DNA from: Isurus oxyrinchus
Lineage: Eukaryota
Direction of reading: 5' to 3'
Assembly: GCA_026770705.1 (NCBI GenBank)
Contig: JANJGN010000025.1
Span: 16,306,001 to 16,370,000 of the forward strand
Length of the DNA: 64,000 nt
Shown here: one piece after another, positions 37,908 through 48,666 of the stretch
Numbering within the stretch: position 1 is the first letter of the stretch
How the letters are laid out: each line of letters begins with the position of its first letter
Translations under genes and position numbers: made by a program
Notes under the pieces: model-generated
Told to the model about the DNA's origin: nothing
The model's input: only the letters and a program-made list of their open reading frames with translations
Database searches by the model: none

Positions 37908-39560
37908 GAGAGACTGCGAGGTTCTTAAGCAAACTGATATAGGGAGTGACAAGGTATTGGAGGTGTTGGCAGGCTTTAAAGTGGACAAATCTCCAGGTCT
38001 GGATTTGTGTCCCAGACTGCTGAGGGAGGCAAGGGAGGAGATTGCAAGGGCTTTGATTCGAATTTTAAATTCTTCTTTGGCCACAGGGGAGGTGCCAGAG
38101 GACTGGAGAACAGCTAATGTGGTTCTGCTATTTAAGAAGGGTTGTAGACATAAGTCAGGGAACTACAGACCAGTGAGTCTCACGTCAGTGGTAGGGAAAC
38201 TATTGGAGAAATTTCTGAAGGAGAGAATCTATCTCCACTTGGAGAGGCAAGATTTGACCAGGGACAGTCAGCATAGCTTTGTCAGAGGGAGGTCATGCCT
38301 AACAAATTTGATTGAATTTTTTGAGGAGTGACCAAGTGTGTAGATGAGGGTAGTGCAGTTGATGTAGTTTATATGGATTTCAGCAAAGCCTTTGACAAGC
38401 TCCCACATGGGAGACTTATAAAGAAGGCAAATGCAGATGGGGTACAGGATAATTTGATAAGGTGGATTCAAAATTGGCTTAGTTGTAGGAGACACAGGAT
38501 GATGACAGAAGGATGCTTTAGTGACTGGAAGCCCTTGTCCAGTGGCGTACCACAGGGATCTGTGCTCAGTCCCCTATTAGTTGCCATTTATATAAACGAC
38601 ATAGATGACTATGTATAGGGTAGGATTAGTAAGTTTGCAAATGACACAAAGATTGGCTGGGTGGTTAACAGCGAGGTTGAGTGTCTTGGGCTACAGAAAG
38701 ATATAGACGGGATGGTCAAATGGGCAGATAAGTGGCAGGTGGAATTTAACCCTGAAAAGTGTGAGGTGATACACTTTGGAAGGAGTAATTTGACAAGGAA
38801 GTATTCAATGAACGGCATGACACTAGGAAGTTCTGAGGAACAAAGGGACCTTGGCATGTGTGTCCATAGATCTCTAAAGGCAGAGGGGCATGTTAGTGGG
38901 GATGGTGAAAAAGGCATATGGGACACTTGCCTTTATCAATCAAGACATAGATTACAAAAGTAGGGAGGTCATGTTGGAGTTGTATAGAACCTTGGTGAGG
39001 CCACAGCTGGAGTAGTGTGTGCAATTCTGGTCACCACATTATAGGAAGGATGTGATTGCGCTGGAGGGGTTGCAGAGGAGATTCACCAGGATGTTGCCTG
39101 GGGTGAGACATATAAGTTATGAAGAGAAGTTGGATTGACTTGGGTTGCTTTCGTTGGAGCAGAGAAGACTGAGGGGTAACCTGATCGAGGTGTACAAGAT
39201 TATGAGGGGCATGGACAGGGTGGATAGGGAGCAGCTGTTCCCCTTAGTTGAAGGGTCAGTCACGAGGGGACATAAGTTCAAGATGAGGGGCAGGAGGTTT
39301 AGGGGGATGTGAGGAAAATCTTTTTACCCAGAGGGTGGTGACAGTCTGGAACGCGCTGCCCGGGAGGGTGGTGGAGGGGGGTTGCCTCACATCCTTTAAA
39401 AAGTACCTGGATGAGCACTTGGCATGTCATAACATTCAAGGCTATGGGCCAAGTGCTGGTAAATGGGATTAGGTAGGTAGGTCAGGTGTTTCTCATGTGT
39501 CGGGGCAGACTCGATGGGCTGAAGGGCCTCTTCTGCACTGTGATTCCGTGATGTGATTCA
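37908..39560 (+). mobile_element. 5'-truncated CR1 LINE (RT domain to 3' tail), frameshifted
   Basis: KVDKSPG, PEDWRTANV..LFKKG...GNYRPVSLTSVVGKLLE, DVVYMDFSKAFD, SGVPQGSVL.P...IYINDID, KFANDTK; tail gactcgatgggctgaagggcct...tgtgattc. Confidence 0.93.
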
Positions 39561-39911
39561 GTTCCTAAAACAGCCCAGATTGTAAATTTGGTTTCCATGT
39601 TTAGAATACTGGCTTCAGGGAAAGTCTGTGCTACAGCACAAATTATTCTGATGTGGTTTTGCAAACACAATTTGTTTGGTTAGTTTCCCCCTCCTCTTGT
39701 TCTTCCCACAACTCCTGAAAGCAGTGGCTCGTATCAATGGACTGCTTCAGGGTCTGGCAGCTCTTCAGTACATCACCTGATCAAATACCTTTTATTGTTG
39801 AGCCGAGGCAGTGAGTGAGACCAGGTTGATATCACAGCAAAGTTTTATCCTATCCTCACCCAGAGTATACACACCAATGCCGTCTAGCATAATTCACCAA
39901 ACAGTAATCGG

Positions 39912-40378
39912 AGGCTGAATTTTGTGTCCCCAGCGGACGTGTTTCCCGTGGGGGCAGCAAGTAAAATAGGTCAGGCACCTCCCCCACCACCTTCCTGCCC
40001 ACCCCGGAGCTCAGCCCCGTAATACGAAGAATGGGCAGGTGCCAAAATCGGCAGCTCGCCCACCATATTTAAAAAAGTCCTTGAGGGTCAATTAGGCCTG
40101 TTATCAAGCCAACTAGCCCTGATAATACACTGTCCATGCCATAGCATGTTTGACATGGGCAGCCGGTTTTTACCCTGAGATGGTTAAAGGATGAGAAGGA
40201 AGGGGGGGGGGGGGGCATCACTCTTCAGGGGCTGCCCTTTGCCAATCGCAGAGCGGCCTCCCTATGTTCAAACCCCTGCTTCCTTCCTACCCACTCCCTC
40301 TCTTAAACCCACCCCCTTCCCCTCCCTGCCCCTCTCCCTAACCTACCCAAACCGTCCCAGCCAAAGACCCCGGACTGA
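39912..40378 (+). mobile_element. Harbinger-type MITE end fragment
   Basis: Begins aggctgaatttt (TIR-like); subterminal ccgtaatacg / gcccacc motifs. Confidence 0.55.
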
Positions 40379-41437
40379 GTGAGATTGTTTCAAACATGAC
40401 ACCACGACTTGAGTGATTTAAACCTGAACTAAAAATTGATCACCTTGTCTCTAATCTCCATCCTTCAGCAGAGCTCCACTTCCTCCATTCATGGTGTTCT
40501 TCTCCCCTCAAATCTTCCCCTCGTTCACTCCTTTCCCCATTGTAGTCACAGTTTCTGTTGCACAGAAAAAGGGAGAGCAGCTGCAGTACTGGCTGAGTTC
40601 CCTGTCTAGCCTTTGGATTATGTTGATCTGGAAAGGATAGCTTTATTATGTTGCAGTTATACATTTCTGCCCCACTAGCCAGCTTCCTGGTCTGGCTTTC
40701 TGACATCACTGCTGGTCGCCAGATGCCTGGTCTTGAACCCTTCTGTATTATCCCACAGGTCCTCTTGCCTCACTCCTCAACTGCCCGGTCTAGCTTTGAC
40801 TCATTAACTGACTCCAATAGGCTTATTGCTATCTTACACTTTATAGTTTTCATCCACTTCCAGCATTTTGCACGATCTCCACATTTGGTGTCTTGGCGGT
40901 CCCTGGTTACATGTGGCCTGGAGCCTGGCTGCTTTCTCTCGTTCGGGGGATAAACTCCAGATGTGTTTCCTGGCTACCTGGTCTGAATTCCAGATGTTCC
41001 TTGGCTTCCGACTGCTTGGCCAAACTAAAAAGACATTCAGGGGTAAAGCTTTAGATGTAAACTGCTTGGAGATTTACCATTCCCCCTGGCATGGTGAACT
41101 TCTACCCGTCCTGCCCCGCTTTGCGCGCTCCCTCTGTTAACCTTCTCCTCAACACTAGAAACATTTTGCCCTCAAGTCCTTCTCACAAATTAATTTTCTT
41201 ATTTCATTCTTGAGTTCCAGTCAAGGCTAACATTTATTGCTCATCTTCATTCGCTCTGGAAATTGAGTGGCACCCTAGACCATTCGAGAGGGTAGTTATG
41301 TGTCAACCATGTTGGTGTACTTCTGCAGTCACATGTAGACTACACAGCAGGGTTCCTTTCTGAAAGATGTCATATCTGGTTGATTGAGCTTTAGTGAATG
41401 ACAACCTAACAGGGTCGTGGTTTCTTTTACTTAAACT

Positions 41438-44400
41438 GAATAATACGGCGCATTTTCGTAGGGGGGACTTGTACCCGGAAGGGGGTGGATTGCCAACTCT
41501 CGCCCCTGCCAGCACTGGATGCTGTATAACACAACAATATGCTAATTAGTGGCTGCAGGGCAGGTTTTAAGCCCATGATATTCTCATTCATCCGCTCAAT
41601 CCGAATTGGAGGGCGAGATGCCCGTTGGCCGTAAACTTTGGCTGTGATGCGGAAGGAGGTCACGGCCACTCATTTAAAGGGCCACCTGGCACGGGTCAGT
41701 GTCTAGTGACCCTGTGATTTTGTAATGTTCAAAACCACAAGGAGCTGTTTGTTTTCTGAAAGATTATCAGGCATTGTTTGAGGTAAGTGTTATTATTCTG
41801 AAAGGTGTGTTAAACTCTGCAGAGGCTTTGAGTTAATTGTTGTTGCCAGTGAACACAGGTGGCATTCAATCTGATCAGGCACGAGATGTTAAGATCTGAA
41901 AATTGAGCAGCTGCTTAGTTCCAGCCTGTTTTCCTCCATAGGTGCTGAGGCAAGGGGAGAGACAGAGAAGAAGGGCCAGAACCGCCCCGCATTTGGATAC
42001 TGACTCCCTCCTCCAGGCTGTGTCCACCAGGTGTGATGTCCTGATGCCAGCTGACAGGAAGAGGAGACCTCCCTCTATAACCCAGCCTGCCTGAACAAAG
42101 GTGGTCACGGAGGCTAAATGGCCACTCAAGTGCTCACTATGTACATTAGTTTATTACTCAGTATGTATATTAGTTTGCAAGAGAGGTACAGGGAAGGCTC
42201 AAAAATGTTAGAATCTTGTGAATTCCACTGAGGTCCAATGTCACTGTTCATGGCTACAATTCCTCTATGGAGGTGTCATTGTGGTTCTGTCGTCAGGGAG
42301 GACTTAGACGTGAGGAAGGTATGCAGCGTATTGGCTGCCAACCATTGTATGGACCCATGCGTTTCTCTTGGAGCTTGGATGTGCTGAAATTAAGTTATCT
42401 GAAAGTAATCATCATGGTTAATGTGACACCTCATTTCAGAAAAAGCAGGCCCACAGTTTGCAGGAGAGAAACACGACTGGAGGTGGAGTGCCCGAACTGG
42501 CAATCCTCACGCTGCTTGGGGAGGGGCTTCTGCTGCTGCCCTCTGCAGAATGGAGCCGCTCCATTGGCAGAGGCAAAATTGGAGGAAGGTCTGGGGCTGG
42601 TGAGATTGCACAGGGCTTTAACCAGATCTGGGACACAGAGGGGGAGAGGATTAGGTGGAGGGTGAATGAGGCCTGGTATGCTTACATGAATAGTACACGT
42701 GTGGTTTATGCATTGAAAAGCTGGGAAGCTTCCTTGTAGATCTATTGTGAGTTTGATGCAAGTGTGGTTTAATGGTTGGAAAGTGTCATATCTCATAATC
42801 CACATGTTGCTAATGCTGTTGAGCATTGTGACCTTGGATACCTGATGAAGGCTCTGAAAGGCCAATTAATGTCCTTTTCTCTGTGTGTCCTGCATGGGTG
42901 AACCTTCTCCTGCCGACTCCACCAGCCCTGAGGGACCGACACTAGCCTCCAAGGAGGAAGAAGCAGCCTCAGAGGATGCAGCGTCACATCCTCTCCTTGC
43001 ACCAAGCACCAGTGCAGATACTGGCACCTCGGCAGGGATTAGTGCAGTGGAACGAGGGCAAGCACAATCTGATGTGGGCACTTCACATTCACGTGTGCAG
43101 CTGCTGGAGAGCTTGGTGGACAAGGCCTCGGACAGCCGGAGGAGTGTCCGAGGTGATCCAGAGACTGAGTCCGAGTCAGATGATGGGCCTCTGGAACTGT
43201 CCGTGAGGCAGAAGCTGCTGGATGTCCAGATTTGGCAGATAAGCCAGAGACGTTATGTGCTCTGGCCCGGACTGCGGAGGTGCCCATCCAAGCCACGGTG
43301 CACTGACACGTACACCTTCACCCTGGCTCGGAGCTCAGGGGCCCAGAGCTAGGGTTACAGGTGGACTGGGAGCCTGGACACTGATCCAGCTCCTAGGATC
43401 TCACGAAAAGGCAGAGAGGACCTCTCGATCCTCATGGCAGAGGATGAACAGCAGCTGCCATCAGCTGGAAACACCTCTCAGAGCACTTTTGACAGGGGCT
43501 CGGGGGAGGCAGCCTCTCCTCCACTCTTCCACCATTGGCACAATCCTCTGTGAGTGCTGTGGCAACAGAAGCTACTCCTGTGACTCAGCAGGAGTCATCT
43601 AAAGTGGCGGGGCCCTCAAGGCCTCAGCAGCACAGAGGACACCTGCCAAAGTTACCCAGGGCAAGAGGACAAGTTGATCAAAAGACTCTCTCCAGCGCAG
43701 CAGCAAGAAAGGGGGATGTGCTGTACCGGAGCACATGGAAAAGAATTGAGAAAACTCCACACTAGGGACAAAGTGGGTCAGTTGTGTGTGTTTTATAGAT
43801 GTGATCATTAGATGTGCCATAGTCAAGATGTTAGTAAACCTTCAATTCACTATCCCTCATGCAGTTTATCTGTAAGTGTTCTAGGGATTTTATTGGGAAA
43901 AGATTCCTGAATTTCCAGTAGTGAATGGTGGTCAAGATACAACAATGCCTAAGCAATCGAGATGGTGAGTGAGCTGACAGGACCTTCTCATTGAGCTCAC
44001 GGTCTAGATGAAATGACATTGAGATGGCCACTGGTATTAGGTGACCACAAAAGTGGTTTGGAAGCCATCTCCCCTGTCAGCATCTCACAGAGATCGGTCG
44101 CTGTGGCTCTGGAGAGCCTGAGTGTCCTTCAACACTGTGTATCTAACATCTGAAGGTAGCTCATTCTCTGTCTATATACTTGATTAGCAGTATAAGTCCT
44201 TCTGCGCTTCTGTTGCTGCAGCATTATGCCTCCATCAGCTTCTTGCTCCGGCGCAGGTCTACTGCCCTCATGCACCACCAGTGCATCCTGAACTTTACCA
44301 TCTGGCATTCTTCCTCTTCCTCTCAATCTCCTCCTTCTCTTCTCCTCCTCACTGGAGACCATTATCCCCATGTTTCACTACCAAACAGGCTATGGTATAG

Positions 44401-44833
44401 TGGAGGGCCTAAATGCACCTCTCTGCAGGATAAATGATGCCTCAGAGCAGCTTTTAATAGCAAATACTGACAGCACTCGCATCACCCTGAACTGCTGAGG
44501 TCAAAGTAAGGACCCAGCTGGTGAGTTCTAACCTGCCCTTACACCCTTTTAGTGAAGAATCGAGATTCCCACATGGCATGATTCAGACTCTCTAAGCATT
44601 TTATTGCTCCCAGCGTGTGCTATTCCTGTCAATTTAGACATTAACATGCTTAACTAAGCAATTAAATTGAATTTGAATAAGGTGAGTGGGCTCCCGACTT
44701 CTAAGCCTGCCGATCTACCATATTATCACCTTCGGGTAAGATGACATCGGGAATGCGACCTGATGTCGTTGCGCCTAATAATGCATCAGTGCAGGCGCGG
44801 TACAGGCCTGCTTTCGCTGAGCATTATTTAGCC
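41438..44833 (+). mobile_element. Internally deleted Harbinger (third subfamily): Myb gene relic (+, ~41940..43765) and transposase N-terminus (-, ~44020..44371); inserted into a SINE
   Basis: APH...DSLLQAV..RCDVLMPADRKRR; exon 2 from 42440 KKQAHSLQERNTTGGG; C-term RSTWKR; transposase VYRQRMSYLQM...C.RTLRLSR; right TIR cattatttagccc; SINE halves at ~41220..41437 and ~44835..44955. Confidence 0.78.
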
Positions 44834-47218
44834 CCAAATTTTGTCCCAGATTTTTTGAACTGAATTCAAATTCTCAAGTTGCCAGAGAGCAGGATCTGAA
44901 CTCATGCTGTCTGGATGATTAGTCCATGCCTCCGGATCGTAACTACACAACCACTGGTGCACAAGATTGATGGTCTTCAGTTCTGCTGCTTCTGAGCTCT
45001 ATAGGCCTGCAAAATATTAAACCTTTTAATCGGGATTTATTTAACATTTAGTAGAACACATCAAATGAAATTTGAAGTAAATTCAAATAAAATATATAAT
45101 GTTCATTCTTTCTTTAATGTGCTCATAAATTTAAATGCATTCAGGCTTTGCCCCAGGTTGCCTGCTACTGGAAGAAATGAGTGCTTGTGACTCTGGCACT
45201 AATTTAACAATACCTACTCACCCACTGCCTTGCTGGAAAATCTACCTGCTACCTGTTCTGGAAAATGCCATATGCCCTTTGACGCCATCACGTTGCTCCC
45301 GGCCTTGGGTTTGGTGCACGGCTGCTGGTTAGAGTCCCTTGTGGCTCTGAGCACTTTTTGTCATACCTGCATGCGCACTTGTGCATTCTACCTTCTTTCC
45401 TGGAGAGAATGCTGTTGGGTCAGGTTTCACTGTTTGCGTGTACTACTAAGTATTGCTCAGTGTCACAAGATAGGATAAGCAAATGTTAGAAAATGAGTTT
45501 CTGGATTAAAAACATCCTCGGACATAATTTTCATAATAATGAGCATTCAAAGACCACATGAATTTGAAAAAAAAATGACCACAGAACATTGATATCAAAC
45601 ACAAGAAATGTCCTCCCAGCTTTTCATGTGTTAATTTATCCATAGCAACAGCTTGTACGTTGAAGAGGGAGGAGCTAGGCTGCACTGGCACAGAAAGACT
45701 TTTGCGTCCACACTTTCACTGATAAAAATAACTTTTCTTAGAATCTCTAACCTGTACACCGCAGGTTGGCTCACAGATCAGAGACTCTCAGCCCTGAATT
45801 CTGAGTCATTTGGTTTGCAATGGCAATTAAATCATGATTGGGATGGGGAAACAGGGAAAAGTTCAGGTGCTTGAATTCTACCAGAAAAGGTTTGTTCTCT
45901 CATTGTAAGTAATTGTATTGGCGTTGCAATTTGCATTGTGATCTAATGCAGCAATTGTGCATAGTGATGATCTAATGCTGTATCTATGCATTGTGATAAT
46001 CATCTAAATGTAATTATCAGCTGTGATAATCTGATAAAGTAACCAATTTGCTGCTACAATTATCAATAATGTAACCGACAATGTGATAGCTGTGATTATT
46101 CAATCCAATTAAAAAGTATCTCATTTTGATTTTTCTAACACTAACTTATCTAATTCTTAACAATTCACATAATAATCATCTAGTAACTTTACTAGCTTCA
46201 ATAAATTTAATAAAGTAGCTTGTGTAATTTGTGATTCAAGTTTAATAATGGTTTGATATTAACTAATACTGTAACTAATCATTGTAACAATCTAATAGAG
46301 TAACGACTTGATTTTAGAAGTTAGCAAAATTACCTTCAAAAGGTATGGCACTAGAAAGAAAATAATAGGTTTATTTAGGATAGCTGGAACTTTTGTCTTA
46401 ATAAACATTAACTGCTTGTTTTTCACCGTTCTGTCTAGTTGGCTGTAGCTAACAGTGTGTGATAATTAACCAGCCAAGAAGATAGTCAGACTGGGAGGAG
46501 TTACAGCTGTAATGAAAGGGTTGTGAGTATGATTATCATGCCATGACTTCAATTGTTTCCCATTTGTCACTGGATGATGTATACAATGAATTAAGAGGAC
46601 AGCTTTCTCTCAGAGATTTGTTTATTTTCTTCACTAAAATGTTGTCCATTAAAATTACTTACTGTGTTGGCTCACCCTTAATTATGTGTTTGGATCAGCA
46701 AGTGAAGAGCAATTAAATAAATTGTATGATTTAAGCTTTGATACACTGCGCTCCATTAATAGTTACTTATTTCTAATTCTATTGAACAAGACTATCTACA
46801 TTTTGCAGCCACTAATTCTATTTTGTATAAAAAACCAGTTCGAAGCCACAAGACCAATACAGTTGAGGACACAAACAAAATAATAAGCAAAGGTGATGGT
46901 AAATATCAGAGATCTCAACACAGCTGAACCACATTCTGTTCATTGTGTTACAATATGTTAATTTCTCAAGTGCAAATTCTAATTTTAATATAAAGTCCTG
47001 AAGCCATCAGTGCTCTTGATAGATGCAACATTGGAAAGGTAGTAATGAACAGTCAGATCTTTAAATGAGCACTGCATCCACAGTGACTGGCAATGGCCAA
47101 CAATCAACAACAGTGAGATTTTCAGCATCCCGTTAAGATACTGATCGGTGAAAGCTAACTATCAAACTGTGGCATAGCTCCCAGTTCAATGTCAAACACT
47201 GCAGTTTTTATCCATTGT

Positions 47219-47411
47219 TAATGCTGCAAGAAATTTAAGATTAGCTACAACAGCAGCACATCATCAAAAGGATCACAGGACAGATTTCAATGATTATATT
47301 TGATGTGATAGCAATTTGTTATCTCATCAAATATAATCATTTCAATGTGTCCTGTGATCCTTTTGATGATGTTCTACTGTTCTAACTAACCTTAGATTTC
47401 TTGCAGCATTA
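47219..47411. repeat. Imperfect palindrome (hairpin/foldback), two ~96-bp arms with almost no loop
   Basis: taatgctgcaagaaat...catcatcaaaaggatcacagga...atgattatatttgat pairs with atcaaatataatcat...tcctgtgatccttttgatgatg...atttcttgcagcatta. Confidence 0.9.
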
Positions 47412-48057
47412 CTAAGTTTTGTTAAGGTTTTTAAGCCCATCCATCCTTGCATACCTGGTAATGGTACTAATTTGAATACAATTCCACAGAGGCAATAAAT
47501 GAGGGCTATCATATAAAGATAATATCTGATGCCACAGCATTAAGTCAGCAGTCTTGTATGGCCAGAAGGAAAAAGAAAGGACTAATGCTCAACAATTGAA
47601 GAGGGAGGACTATTTAAGTGTGATGCCAGTAAGGATGATATTTGACCAAGCATCCTAAGAAAAGGTGAATTATGGCTATTTTTCTCAATTTATAAAACCG
47701 ACATCCTAACAATTTAAAGGTACCACATTCTATCTCAGGTAATGCTAAAGATTTTCAATAAACAAAAAGTACTAACTTCTGTAATGTTATTGTCAAGGAA
47801 TAATATATTTCATGAGTTAAAGCCCTTAGCATCAGGAATGCCTAGCGGGAATACAGATGCAGAGATCAGTTGACCTGTGCACCCAAACATCTGGCATACA
47901 CTCCTGCTCTGGATCAAAAGTACCAATTCATTAAACCAACCCCAACATCACCAAAGCAACATTAGTTTTGAACAAAAGTAAAACACCAGGGATTTTGGAA
48001 ATCTGAAATAAAAACAGATAATGCAAGCTATTTTTAATGGAGAATAAATTTTACTAT

Positions 48058-48064
48058 TGAGTCA
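48058..48064 (+). promoter_or_regulatory. AP-1 consensus site TGAGTCA upstream of the GnRHR coding exon
   Basis: Exact TGAGTCA 90 nt upstream of the ATG; AP-1 sites are functional in rodent Gnrhr promoters; function here untested. Confidence 0.25.
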
Positions 48065-48147
48065 TCACGGCACAAAGCTTCGTGCTCCGGGAGGCTATAG
48101 GAGTAGAATAAATATGTTACTTCTGGCATCTTTTGCTCCCACAGACA

Positions 48148-48666
48148 ATGACAGAATCATTGGCATCTACTAGTCAGTTGGAAGGAGTTCATACTTTAGA
48201 GTATGAATTCTTCAATGTAAGGCCCACTCCTCCGGAGCCTTGGATCACTCCAACGTTCACTGTGGCAGCCAGAGCCCGCGTAATTGTGACATTCTGTTTC
48301 TTCACCATGTCCATGTTCAGCAACACAGCCGTTCTGCTCAGTGTCATCAAGAAAAGAAGAAATTCACACATCAGGATTCTAATCTTGAGCCTCACCATCG
48401 CTGACCTAACAGTGACTGTTTTGGTGATGCCACTGGACACAATCTGGAATATTACCATCCAGTGGTATGCAGGTGACATTGCATGCAAAGCCCTGAACTT
48501 CCTCAAGCTATTTGCCATGTATGCATCAGCACTTGTCCTGGTAGTGATCAGTTTGGATCGTCATTCAGCTATCTTGAACCCATTCAGCTTTATCAGTGCC
48601 AATCACAGGAATAAGTTAATGCTTTCCGTAGCATGGATTGCAAGTGTGATCCTGGCTGCTCCTCAG
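48148..48666 (+). CDS. GNRHR: GnRHR coding exon 1 (N-terminus to TM4, ends ...ILAAPQ)
   Basis: ATG at 48148 within ORF 48133..48714; donor CAG|GTATGC at 48667. Confidence 0.92.
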
